Source: Octopus sinensis (taxonomy: Eukaryota). Taken from it: a stretch of DNA of 64,000 nucleotides. Where the stretch lies: contig NC_043006.1 in the NCBI RefSeq assembly GCF_006345805.1, positions 6,882,001 to 6,946,000 of the forward strand, in the 5' to 3' direction. The notes beneath the pieces are model-generated. The model searched no databases. It saw nothing but the letters and a program-made list of their open reading frames with translations, and was not told where the DNA came from. Positions 27,303 through 40,043 of this stretch are shown piece after piece; position 1 is the first letter of the stretch, and every line of letters begins with the position of its first letter. A program made the translations under genes and the position numbers.

Positions 27303-27455
27303 AGTACTACTACTACTACTGCTATTACTATTATTATTATTACTACTACTACTACTACTACTTCTTCTGCTGCTGCTCTTACTATTACTTCTGCTACTAC
27401 TACTACTACTACTACTACTACTATTAGTTTTCTTTTTATTGTTATTATTATTATT
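27045..27455. repeat. Compound (TAC/TGC/TAT)n array with higher-order duplication
   Basis: Direct reading; source of poly-L/T/Y/S ORFs. Confidence 0.95.
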
Positions 27456-27509
27456 TAATAAACTCACTGTTTATGTTGCTGGGAATTATGGAATGTGGAA
27501 TGTGTGAGC

Positions 27510-28580
27510 TGATCACGGCCTGCATACTAAGGTAACACTTGTTTAGTGAACATGTTTCAAGAACCCTGCAGAGAACTCTTGTACTTTGAAGCAATGATGA
27601 TTTTCATAGGTGTCCTATATTTACACTTGTACCAATCTTTTTTGTCGATGTTGCTAGCTGAGTGATGATACTTCCACGCATGCCAGTTACGACTAGTGTC
27701 ACGGCCATTCTCTTCATTGCCCACAACTTGCGTATTGTCCACTTCAAATCGCCATAGATGTCCAGTTTTCTTCTTTCTTTTCGATTCCGTTGTCAGTAGG
27801 TCATGCTCTGTCGATTATCATACAAGTTGTTTCGATTTTATTCACCTCAGCAGTGTCAGATTTCCGTTGTCTCTTCTGATGACCACACTGAATCATTGCA
27901 TCCAACAGGAGTTTGCAGTCTTCATTCTCGGTAACTCCTTCTGGGATTTGGTCGTACCACGATTCTGCTCTTTGTAAGCCGTGATCTTCACAGAGCTCCC
28001 AATTGATCATTCTTGTCACATTGTCATGTCGTCTCTTGTAATCGCAATGTGCCAAGTTCTTGCATTCGCTAAAAATGTGTCATACAGTCTCATCCATCAT
28101 ACCACATATGCTTTTGTGGCTCTCAGCTGTGTTTTCAATTTTGCACTTCACATAGTTCGTCCTCAAAGCTTGCTCCTGTGCCGCGCATATACGTGCTTCT
28201 ATCTCTATCTTCAGGTCACTCCTCCACATCCATAACCACCAGTCTTCTGTACCTGTCTTGGCATTCTACCTCTTGCAAACAGACCGTACATTTTCTTTCT
28301 TTCCATGCTCACCATTTTTTTAGTCCTTTTCCTCTTTTCTTTCTTTATACAATTATCAGTTTTGATGATACCGGATTCTGCGCATGTTTCAGCAATGGTT
28401 TTACGGAATTATTTACATACAACACTGAGCTGTTTTCCCCTGCTTCTACACAATCCTGGTAATTGATCAAACTTATCCCACCCTTTCTTATCCCAAGTCA
28501 TAAGTGTCATTCTTTTCAATATTTCAATGACTTCGTATGCATGCTCATCAGTTCTTTCCTTTGCCAAATTATGATTCCAT
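27510..28580 (-). mobile_element. Decayed R4/Dong LINE (post-RT, CCHC, RLE)
   Basis: RKGGISLI..DCV; DLKIEIEARICAAQEQALRTNYVK; ETV*HIFSECKNLAHCDYKRRHDNV; between trinucleotide arrays. Confidence 0.85.
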
Positions 28581-28605
28581 CTCCATACCGATGGTGGTGG
28601 CGGTT

Positions 28606-28653
<48 letters not shown>

Positions 28654-28929
28654 ATAATAATAATAGTAGTAGTAGTATGAAGGTGGTGGAATATTTGCCA
28701 GCCCATTTTGTTTTGCATTGTTTTTTTAATCACAAGCAAATGCGAGGCCCCATTGTTGATCTAATCACCATCTGTAGAACCATTTTACAGACTAGTGGTG
28801 TTTGGCTATATCTACCACACTGTTGCTCTTTCTCCTACTATCGACCCCATGCCCTCACGTATTTATGATTGTCTCATGTACAAGGCAAAAGTCGAAACTA
28901 AATATCTGATAATAGTACTCAGTAGTAGG

Positions 28930-29450
28930 AACAAAGATGGCAAACTTAACTAAAATCTCTAGCAACCCATAACAACGATGGTAACGGCTATACTGTTGAC
29001 ATGGCTACAAAGGCTGACCACAATGACACAGGCCACCGCGGTATTGCTGCTAACTAACAATGAACTCTGTCGCTGTAACAGTAAGGTTGAAGTTAACTGT
29101 AACGGTAATAATGGCAGAGTTGACAATAGTGGCCGAGGTAATAACCGTGTCCACATGTACCACACAGGGCTCAATACAACTAATTTTAATGTAGCACAAA
29201 AACGTCTTAGGAAACAAAATACTTGACTTAGGGTAAACCTGGACGCGCGTCCCGCAAGGGAGAGCCATCCTGAATTTGAAAAGTCACCCACTGGCAAAAA
29301 CTCTTCCCTGAATACGAACCTGGATTGTCACTTGAACGGGAACTGCCTCAACTAGAACTCTCCAAATTCACCACCATTACGACCACAGAAAGAAAAATGT
29401 AAAAGGATCAAATGGACCGGAGAAGAGTATACAGAAGTTATATACACTTA
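28930..29450 (+). mobile_element. Probable 5' portion of an R4/Dong LINE
   Basis: Ends with KRIKWTGEEYTEVIYT, similar to the recalled clade N-terminal motif; abuts (TAT)n. Confidence 0.45.
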
Positions 29451-29496
29451 TATTATTATTATTATATTATTATTATTATTATATTATTATTATTAT

Positions 29497-29694
29497 GGCG
29501 GCGATCTGGCAGAACCGTTAGCACGCCGGACTAGATGCTTAGCGGTATGTCGGCCGTAGCTACTTATTGAGTTCAAATCCCACCGAGCTCCATATTGATT
29601 TCATCTTTTCGGGGTCGATTAACTAAGTACCAGTTACGTACTGGAGTCTATGTAATCGACTTAATCCCCTTGGCCCAAGCTGCCCTTGTGGCAA
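29497..29694 (+). mobile_element. SINE family B variant
   Basis: GGCGGCGATCTGGCAGAACCGTTAGC head, GAGTTCAAATCCC. Confidence 0.75.
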
Positions 29695-29728
29695 TCATTA
29701 TCATCATCGTCATAGCAGCAGCAGCAGT

Positions 29729-29760
<32 letters not shown>

Positions 29761-31265
29761 TAGTAGTTGAGTGCTACTGAAGTACCAACACGTGACCTAA
29801 ACTTATGAGCATGTTGATACGATGGGACAATGCTTGTAAAATGACGGTCACAATGACAATTATTTGCATTTATTTCCGAAACAAAATTCTTAAAATCTTT
29901 CTCACCAGCATTGACTATCGCCCTCGCTGTGTTAATGTTCTTTTCTGTCCGTAATATTTCCTTATAATTGCAATGAAGTATCTTCTAATATACCTTCACA
30001 TACGTCTCTTGTGAGCTTTATATGGCTAGCGACAAGGAAAGGTTTAGTACGGTGAGCAATTGAATTCGTACCTGAATGCAAATTGTTCTTAAAATAAGTC
30101 AGTAAAGTTAGTAATGACACTACAGAGAAGAAGACATTTTATATAACGGTAAAATAAAGTTTCTTATATAACGTATCCGGTTATTCACATCTTCGGTTTC
30201 TGTCGTTTTCTTGCAAGGGCGCATATTTCTCTCTCTCTATCTCATTCCCTTTCTTTATCTTCCTTTCTTTCTACCTCTCTCTCTCTCTCTTACTCTCTCT
30301 CTCTCTCTCTCACCCACACATACACACACACACATTCTCTGAATCACTGTCTCACTCATATTCTCAATCAACCACCTCCTCTTTTTTCTCAATCAATTTC
30401 TCTTAATGAAAAATAGTGTAATTTGTTATAAGACCAAATTTTGTCATCTTTCCACTGTTGAAAATGATAATGAGATATATAATGAGAACGATTATGCTTG
30501 CCACCAAAATGGAAATTATTTCTCTGAATGATGCTCGTCTACTTCTTTCAATTTCAGGCTCAATTGAATGTAAAATGATGTTTTGTTAGCTTTTAAATTG
30601 CAAGTAATGTTATGGAAGTTTAATAATATAACTAATCGATAGCTTTATCAATTAGACGTTTTTCTACATTTTTGCAAATAACAGCAGAGCAAGAAGAAAA
30701 GAGCAAGATTACTCTCAGCGAAACTAAATGGAATTTTAATTCACACTCATGAATGCCATCGATTTTTATTGTATTTCTTAACGGAAACTTCACCAACTGC
30801 ATTCGTCTCCTTTCAACTGAATCGTTGTGGAGGAGTTAGGAGGAGTGATTAAAGAGAGAGACGTGAGTTTAGAGTTTCTATTTATTGCTGCCTCTGCTAT
30901 TGACAAAATGTAAAACAGATTTGAGGGAAAGAGTGTAGTCGAGTACATCAATGCCTTTTCTGCCTCCTACATTCTTTTAACGATCCCCCAACAAGGAAAG
31001 TCATTGTCATTCACGTTCAGATTTCTAATTCACAAAATAAAAGAGTAGGATTCAAAGCACCAAGGATTTTATCCGCCTCCCTAATACAGCTACCAATCCA
31101 ACACTCATTCTGGGTGGATCTATTATGTCATGACAACAGACATAAAACAGAGTGAAATGAAAGTGTATTTCAACTCTGTAGTACACTGTATATACGTTCA
31201 CATTCACACAAGAAATGGAAGAATCGAATTCAAAGCACCAAAAAGTTTGTCCGCCGCTCTGATAC

Positions 31266-31682
31266 CTATTTCTTTTTACTACCCACAAGGGGCTAAACAC
31301 AGAGAGGACAAACAAGGACAGACAAACGGATCAAGTCGATTATATCGACCCCAGTGCGTTACTGGTACTTATTTAATCGACCCCGAAAGGATGAAAGGTA
31401 AAGTGAACCTCGGCGGAATTTGAACTCAGAACGTAACGGTAGACGAAATACCTATTTCTTTATTACCCACAAGAAGCTAATCATAGAGGGGACAAACAAG
31501 GACAGACAAACGGATTAAGTCGATTACATCGATCCCAGTGCATTACTAGTACTTAATTTATCGACCCCGAAAGGATGAAAGGCAAAGTCAACCTCGGTGG
31601 AATTTGAACTTACAACGTAACGGCAGACGAAATACCGCTAAGCATTTTGCCCAACGTGCTAACGTTTCTGCCAACTCGCCGC
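31266..31682 (-). mobile_element. Head-to-tail pair of SINE family B (full length 31452-31682, headless 31266-31451)
   Basis: Two consecutive matches to the family B consensus. Confidence 0.85.
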
Positions 31683-32074
31683 CTTATACCGTTCATAATC
31701 CAACACTCATTCTGAGCACATCAATCATATGTCATGAAAACAGACATAAAACAGAGCCAAATAAAACTGTTGGAGTATTCTGGATATACATTCACATTCA
31801 CACACACTCACACGCACACACAAATACACGCACACGCTCTCCCTACTTCTATCCCCGTGTCTATAACACTTCATGGCTGTTTATCTGTCTATCGTTCACT
31901 CTCTTTTTTTTTCTCTATCTCTCCTCTCTCTCACTCTGCTTGTGACAGATACATCTCATGCAATATTCGTCCTGACACCTGGGAAATAAAAGAGACCAAT
32001 TAATGTTGCTTTTTTACGTTTTGTTTTGTTACAATGATCAACGTTCAGTACTGATAAAACATGAACGTCGATTC

Positions 32075-32207
<133 letters not shown>

Positions 32208-32279
32208 CTATATATATATACATCTATATATATATACATACATACATGCATATATATATACACACACACACACACATAT

Positions 32280-32463
32280 GTACTTCGTCTGCCGTTACGT
32301 TCTGAATTAAAATTCCGCCGCGGTCGACTTTGTATTTCATCCTTTCGGGGTCGATAAATTAAGTACTAATTACGCACTGTGGTCGATGTAATCGACTTAA
32401 TCCGTGTGTCTGTCCTTGTTTGTCCTCTCCGTGTTTAGGCCCTTGTGGGTAGTAAAGAAATAT
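32280..32463 (+). mobile_element. Headless SINE family B
   Basis: Starts at GTACTTCGTCTGCCGTTACG, the same point as the headless copy ending at 31451. Confidence 0.8.
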
Positions 32464-32472
32464 GTATGTATG

Positions 32473-32507
<35 letters not shown>

Positions 32508-34269
32508 ATATATATATTATATATATATATATAATATATAATATAATATAATATAATATGATTTAGTACTGAAACCTGGAAATTTTCATTAAGTGTCATT
32601 GCAAGCTGCTCATAGTTTGAAGCCAGTGAGAAAGCCTATATACTATTGAAAGATTAACTACTGATTACTTTCAATAGAACCTGCTCCTGAAAATAGAGAC
32701 ATCCATAATAATAAATATCTGGCAATCACACTTAGATTCGCATTCATAAACCATCCTTTGTCCATAGTCTATGTATTAGCTCATAGCAAAATGATATGGT
32801 TTTCTTGATTAATCAGAGAGAAACGTATACAAATCGATGTGCCATTGTGGGAATCTGATTCAATTGATCGCTTTAATTCTAGTACATATATTCAGCATAT
32901 ACAACGTTTTTGGTAATGCATTACAGTTCTACGTCTCCAATTAATCAATTCAATTTATATTTATTGCAATCAACTTCCATTTTCAGTGGTAAGAACTCTT
33001 ACGTTAGCAGATATTGTACTGCATGCGTAAGTTATGTTTAGAAAGCTGCTTGTGAGTAAACAGATTGAAAAAATATAATGATGATGATTTTTTTTTGTGC
33101 ATTATCACAAACAATTTTAAACCATTAAGATTTCTGTAGTAATTTTTTTCATACATATATATTTACGAACGCATGTCTAGCAAATGGAAAATGAGAACAG
33201 AACATACATTAGGGAGACAGCAACACTGAAAGAAACAAGATATTTTTACAACCTTATTTTCTATAAATTGTTCGCCATGTCGTAAGCATTACATATTCTT
33301 GTTATCAATAGAAAATAGGAAAGGAAGAAGTAAACGTTATCTAACGCAGCATCCGATCATCATAAATCAGACTTCTGCAACACAGCTTAACGCAGACAAC
33401 TAATCAATATATATCAGACAAAGAATCTTTATAAGTCAATGGTGTTCCAGCAAGTTTCAAAATAACTTCATTATTTTCTGTTACTGGCCATAAATTCCAA
33501 CATTCCTGTCATTATATCCGAGCAAGAGCCAGAAAAGGCGGTTTATTATTTAAGCATGTTGTCCGTGAGATTTATAATATAGCAATGAGAATGTCTTCGC
33601 TTTGGTGATTCTCTACAAGAAGTTGACGTCATATTGAAATCTTGTATATTCAACACCTTGTGTTGTCTGATGTCATGTGCATGCTCCACTATTGCTATTC
33701 GAATAAATGTCATGTCGTCTTCATGAAACAGTCATTCGCATAGCAATTGCCAAACATACTACAATAAAGTCGTAGGAAAATTCGCAGAAGTATCCAGTGA
33801 GCCGATTGCCGTGAGGAGTAAAACCATTAACATATTCATGCGGTAAAAATTCTTCTGGGAAAAGGATAGATATTGAAAGAAAAAAGGAAAGACTGCCATA
33901 GAGAGAATGATATAAGCGTTGTTATCAATGAAGACCTTGATATAACGAAAATAACCAGTTAAACTGGTCAACTAAAATTCAAGAGTTACATATGAATTTA
34001 TTTTCAATATTTTTATGAATGCATTTATTTCCGTTAACCGTTCCATAATAAAGTACACATAAAATGCACTTGAATATTGCAAAAAAAGCCCCCCCCAAAA
34101 AACGTTAATGAGCATATAATTTCTGAGATGCAGAAATTTCGTACCTGGCTACAAAACGAAAATAATGTTGCTTCTTTTAATCTTTAAGGCCACGAAAAGT
34201 TTTCTCGAATCTTATGTTACATACAGATATATTACTGTTTACAAATGTGTGTGGTGTGTGTTTATTTAT

Positions 34270-34315
<46 letters not shown>

Positions 34316-34325
34316 TTATAGAAGG

Positions 34326-34376
34326 AGCTTCTACAGGACTAGAACTGTTTCATTCAAAAGAAATCATCAGGAAGCT
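34326..34376 (-). ncRNA. Type I hammerhead ribozyme motif, mirror copy
   Basis: Identical motif on the minus strand because 34311-34438 is a perfect palindrome; predicted cleavage at 34332. Confidence 0.8.
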
Positions 34377-34423
34377 TCCTGATGATTTCTTTTGAATGAA
34401 ACAGTTCTAGTCCTGTAGAAGCT
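34373..34423 (+). ncRNA. Type I hammerhead ribozyme motif
   Basis: Stem I AGCUUC/GAAGCU; core CUGAUGA (34379-34385); stem II UUC-UUUU-GAA closed by U.U; GAAA (34398-34401); stem III CAG/CUG with 8-nt loop; predicted cleavage GUA after 34417. Confidence 0.8.
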
Positions 34424-34616
34424 CCTTCTATAAAATAAATTAATTTACTCTGCTATGTATTGAGTACCTTATTTACTGTGGTTAACCCCGACTCAACCCG
34501 GGACCTACATATATTATATATATATATATATATATGTATACAAATATATATGCATGCACATATCTATATATAAACATATACATATATGTATGCATATATA
34601 TATATATAATATATAT

Positions 34617-34668
<52 letters not shown>

Positions 34669-34680
34669 CATATGTTGACC

Positions 34681-34770
34681 GGTAAATTCCACCACGGAAA
34701 ATCCCACCACGTAAATTTCACCATAGGTAAATTCCACTACGGTATATTCCACCATGGTAAATTTCACCAT
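34681..34770 (+). repeat. Six tandem 15-bp units (consensus GGTAAATTCCACCAY), probable MULE subterminal repeats
   Basis: Units begin at 34681, 34696, 34711, 34726, 34741, 34756; MULE link inferred from the nearby transposase relic. Confidence 0.75.
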
Positions 34771-34800
34771 AGTTGAAATTATCATTATTGTTGTTGTTGT

Positions 34801-34870
<70 letters not shown>

Positions 34871-35204
34871 AGTGTCACGATGTTATGGAAATAAAAACAG
34901 AATGCATAAGAAATATTAATAATGTCAATGAATACAAAAAAATACGAGGTTGAAAAATTATTAAGGAACGATCATTCAAAGAAATTGGACCTGTGATGGA
35001 ACTTTGAAGGCATCTCTTCGATTGTGGAGTCAGTTAGTGACACTACATATCATCACTGGATGTCTGTGTGTGAGCCGACTGCTTGCCTTACTTCCCGACG
35101 AAAAAGAAGCCTCATATCATCGTCTTCTGTCTTCCCTGCAACCTGTCTCAACCTGCAACCTGTCTCATGGACTCTGAAAAAGCTCTCCATAATGCATTTA
35201 TTCC

Positions 35205-35640
35205 TCTGTTTCCGTATTTAGAAGTAGTTGGGTGTGTTTGTCATCTCGGACAGTTTTCTTAGCGGAAGATATGTGCACTTGGTGAGAGTATGAGATACAA
35301 CACAGATGAAAGTCTTCAGCTTAAAATTGAGTGCTTTTGTGCTTTAGTATTTTTGCGAATTGAAGACGTTGTCAGTGTATTTGAAGATTTTCTTGACGAT
35401 GAAGACATCCCTTCTGAGTTTACCACCTATTTTGAGATTACATACATAGGGATTGTAAGGGGGCGAAGAGAAACACCAAAATTTCCTACACAACTCTGGA
35501 AGGTACGTGCTTGCGTCTTAAAGGACTTCCACAATGCTTTGCGTTCATCACTAACATCCACACATCCAACTTTGTGGTCACTATGCACTGCCCTTAAAGC
35601 TGAGTAAATATTAAGCCAGACAAAACTTTCACACATTCGA
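35205..35640 (+). pseudogene. Mutator-like (MULE) transposase C-terminal relic
   Basis: GCVCHLGQ (GCxFH motif); CALVFLRIEDVV; EDIPSEFTTYFEITYIG; PKFPTQLW; FHNAL..THPTLW. Confidence 0.75.
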
Positions 35641-35969
35641 CGTGGAGACTAAACAAAAAAATCTATCAAATTATGAACGTATGCACGTGCATATGTATGT
35701 CTATATTATACATAATGTTGTTTCGATGTTCAGTCTCACAAGTTCTGACCTATTGTGTCATGTGACAAACCGAAGATATGTAAGCGTATTTGGTATGCGT
35801 GAAGTGTCAGGAAATCCATCTGTTAGATTATAATTCTAATTAGAATACGTTTGGTTATTACGTAATGGATCAATCGGATTCAGTCTCAGAAATAATTTAA
35901 GAGTAATAACACACTTCATTACTATACTGAAAGAGTAGGCTATTCATCTGATAAGATCCGAGAGAGACT

Positions 35970-36165
35970 TACATACTTACATACATACATACATGCATAC
36001 ATACATACATACATACATACATACATACATACATGCATGCATACATACATAATACATACATACATACATACATACATACATACATACATACATACATGCA
36101 TGCATACATGCATGCATACATACATACATACATACATACATACATACATAAATTACATACATACA
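35970..36165. repeat. (TACA)n microsatellite continuous with an RTE 3' tail
   Basis: Direct reading; adjacent 36166-36230 is homologous to the 3' UTR at 36847-36897. Confidence 0.9.
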
Positions 36166-36846
36166 TGATGGCTGATGATGGCTGCCTCCTCATTATCAAG
36201 TATGGCCATTGCATGAAGCTTAACTTGTTATCGTGCAATGCCTGTGCAAGAAGATTTTTTTTTAAGTGAGGGAAGGCTGTGGACTGAGTCAATCCCACTC
36301 ACTAAGCAATAGCAGCCATAATCCGAAAAGAAGAACAAGTCAACATCATCGGTAACCACCGAGCCGCAGGTTTTATGTCGGAGTTATCCCAGTTACCTGA
36401 GTTGCCATCTCCTAGAAGGATGCCCTAATAAAGGCTAGGGGTCCTTCACTCCCAATGGTTTAACCGTGCGATCGGGTATTCAGTCCGATTATTTCTCTGT
36501 CCCCACGCATGACACAGCCTTAAGCTGGATAACATTGATATAAGGAGTAAAAAGAAAGAGAGAGAGAGAGAGAGAGAGACGTATATATATAAAAATACAG
36601 ATATACAGTAAATATATATAATTACACATTTATTGGATGGCCGTTGACTCACATGAGTTCCTCCGCCCTTTGACAGGTTTTGTTTTTCACCTCAGGGTGT
36701 CCAATAAGCACGCTCCTCACCAAGCAAGCTTTGTGGGATTGCCAGTTTAGTCGCCGACGGCCCGACCATGCAACAGGTTTTACTGGGTTACATGTTACCA
36801 GCAGCACTAGAAAGTGACCTGACATAAACATACATACATACATACA

Positions 36847-37181
36847 TGATGGCTGTCCCCTCGTTATCGAGTGTGGCCAATGCACGAAGTTTAACTGTTA
36901 TTGCTGCTGTGATCGAATGTGACTTTTTAGCCCAGCTAAAGATCTACAATGTCTTGTACAGAATTGGCAGCTAAAACCTTTACCAGTAATAGCCGGCTGT
37001 AGTTGTAACTGGGCTTCATGTACCTTTGCATGTGGTTTAAGTCCTCCTGCCGAATTACACTCTCTTCCACATGCCCGACAGATATGATTAGTGTGGTGTG
37101 TAACGCCACCACCAGTGGCCAGGTTGTCACTCATCTGTCTCGCTTTATGACTACGAAGATGACTCTTGAGTCCAGCTTTAC
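36847..37181 (-). mobile_element. 3' end of an RTE-like LINE with tandem C2H2 fingers
   Basis: KAGLKSHLRSH; CRACGRECNSAGGLKPHAKVH; CQFCTRHCRSLAGLKSHIRS; stop at 36898; short UTR then (ATGT)n. Confidence 0.7.
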
Positions 37182-37821
37182 ATACATACATAGATACGAA
37201 CATACAAAAGTCATGCACTGCTGTACAGATCAGTTGTCCCGTGGATGAGAATATACAATCAACAGAGAACATTTATTTTGAAAGAATGCGGAACATACGG
37301 CTATAATGATCTGATTATAAATTCTCATTTGTACGTTACAAACAAACAGCAAAAAACAAACAAACAAACAAACAAAAAAAAAACTGGCGTGCATTTTCCT
37401 AATCCAATCTATTAAGAGTACCGCGAAGATTTTAAAACATTTCAAAGATTCTCCATTTGAGCTTCTTTGGATGAATAGACGCAGACATTTGGGTCTTTCA
37501 TCTACAGCTCAACGAACACACATTTAGACGATATATTTACAAACACCGGCAAATCTTGTAAATCAAAATGTCATGCGTATTTGTTAGCGACAAGCTTCGA
37601 CTCTCTTACGAACTAAAAGAACACTCATTCATACAGACATGCACACATACACATACATACACACATATATACACACATACATATATATACATATACGCTT
37701 GAATCTAAAAATATGTGCGTGTGCTTGTGTGTGTATGTATACATACATACACATAAACGTTTGTGTGCTGCGTATATATAGCTTGCGTATGTGTAAGTCT
37801 ATAACGATTATATATATTATA

Positions 37822-37853
<32 letters not shown>

Positions 37854-38152
37854 TAATATATATAAGTTCAGCAAAATTTAGATTCAGATGAATATGGTAC
37901 TTAAGTTAAAGGCACCAGAATTTTGTATGGTATTATCCATATAAATCAAATGGGGTGATTATAATCAAAGTAAGCAACACGGATATCCAAGGAAGTGTAG
38001 TACAATTGTTTCATGCTACTTCATTTCATTAAACCCTGTAAATATTACATCAGTTTTAAAATGTCGAACAATCTTCAGCCACATATAGTATCTTTCAATT
38101 AAACGGACAATGCACATTCTTATACATATTTCATTTGCCAATATTACAAAGA

Positions 38153-38187
<35 letters not shown>

Positions 38188-39473
38188 TTCCATTTCTGCT
38201 TTCATGAGGAATAATATATACGATCAAATATCTACACAATCGTATTCGTGGGAAAAATGGCAATAACTATGCAGCTAAATTGTAGAGTTGCAGTGTTCCG
38301 GATATTTTCAATAAATTTCAAATATCTCAATTGTTTTGTAGATGTTTACAATGAGGTGAACAAATGTTTACGTATCAGGGTAATGAATTTAAAGTAGTTG
38401 GAAAATTAATTGATTAACTGTTTGGAAAAATTAATTAATTAATTTCATGGTATCACAAAATGTTAAGGAAACTATGTGGTCTAATTAAAATCCCTCATAA
38501 AATTAAATATACATTAAAATGAATGTAATAAATAATTTGAATCAAATAAAAGGTGTTTATCTGGATAAGTGAATTCATGCAGTTAATTTAGTAAATAAGA
38601 TTACAAGCAGTAATAAAATATTGCCAGATCGTTGTATAAAGTCGATTGTGATACAACGACATTTTGTGATTTTAACGTATAAAGTAAGAATAGAGATTAC
38701 ACGGAATATATAACATTTCCCAAAGCCAAAATAATTAAATCGAAAATTCTGGTTGGCGCTCAGGTTAATTTTAAATCCGTATGGTAGTAAAATGTGGAAA
38801 TACCCCAAGGGAAAATAGTAGATCAAGTAGAAAGAGAAGGAAGTAGTAAGGAATAAGTTAGAGTGTACGCCCTTATGTAAATGAAACAAGAATGATGAAA
38901 AAAAGGAGGGGGAAAGATGATAGAAAATTTTTAAAATACGCGAATGTAAATTAGGAAATTATATATAGCTTATGTGGGTGCGTGTATTCGCGCGCGTGTG
39001 TGTGTGTGCACGTTTGTGTATGTGCGTGTATAGCGAGTATTTCTTTGCGTTAGTTCGGCTGCAGTGTGCATATGAGTTATGGCGTCTTTGAATCCCAGAA
39101 AAATATTGGTTCAGCAAAAACAAAAGCTACTTAGCACAAGTTCCAGACTAAAAATATGTACTCAGTATGAATTCTTCATCTCAACATGAAGCAGCAGTAG
39201 ACCCAACCGAATGAATATGTGCATACATACATACATACCCCCACCACATATATATATATATGCGTGTGTGTGTGGGTGGTGTGTGTATGTCTGTATGTGT
39301 GTGTGTGTGTGTGTATGTACATATACAGGGTTGGATAAAAGCCACCCGTCATTGAAGCAAAATTCCATAACTACTTTCTGTAATTCTGCATTGACTCGAA
39401 TGGAAAAATGTGTCGCTCAAGAAGGACTTCAGTTGGAACTATTTTCATGATGTCTCATTGCATATATTAATGA

Positions 39474-39574
39474 CTAGCAGTATCGCCCGGCGTTGCTCGG
39501 ATTTGTAAGGGAAATAACTATATAAGCATTTTTAGAGATGTAAAGTATAATAGCCATCTCAATATGGCTAACCA
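39474..39574 (-). mobile_element. Helitron 3'-end fragment
   Basis: Nearly identical to 9126-9226 including CTAG and hairpin. Confidence 0.85.
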
Positions 39575-39895
39575 TATTCCGAAAAGCTCTACCTGCGACG
39601 ATTTCATCTCAATCGAAGGAGAGGAGCTTTCTCCGTCCGGGTTGCGGATCCGTGGAACAAGCTGCCAGACGAGATGGTGAAGATGCCGACGACCGCTTTG
39701 TTCAAAGCCTCCCTTGACCTCAAGTGGCCTCAACTCTTTACATGAACACCACCATGGCAAATGAGTTGGTAGATACCCACAAGATTATCCACCATCATTC
39801 CAACAACAACAACCTTGGGCACATTTTCGAATTCCATATAACACACACGCATGCGCGCGCGCGCGGACATGCTTATAAAATAAAAAAACAACACA
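39575..39895 (+). mobile_element. Two CR1-clade LINE ORF2 C-terminal fragments
   Basis: SEKLYLRRFHLNRRRGAFSVRVADPWNKLPDEMVKMPTTALFKASLD..* then ELVDTHKIIH..RGHAYKIKKQH; both resemble CR1 C-terminal motifs (RVVxxWNxLP, TRGH). Confidence 0.75.
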
Positions 39896-40043
39896 GCACC
39901 GGAAACATTTGTTCACCCTTATATATACACATATATGTATGTGTGTATGTACGTTTGCATATGTATATATATGTGACCTCGTGTGTACCGTTGGCGATTT
40001 TTTTCCCTCTGTCTTCCCTTCTCTGGATCTTTCCTTCTCCTAT

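Noticed and set aside
34681-34770. CRISPR-like periodicity
   Set aside because: Contiguous 15-bp units with no spacers, eukaryotic context, no cas genes.
38342-38379. Possible 38-nt exon (TTTTGTAG...GTAATG)
   Set aside because: Too short to assess; no supporting neighbouring exons.
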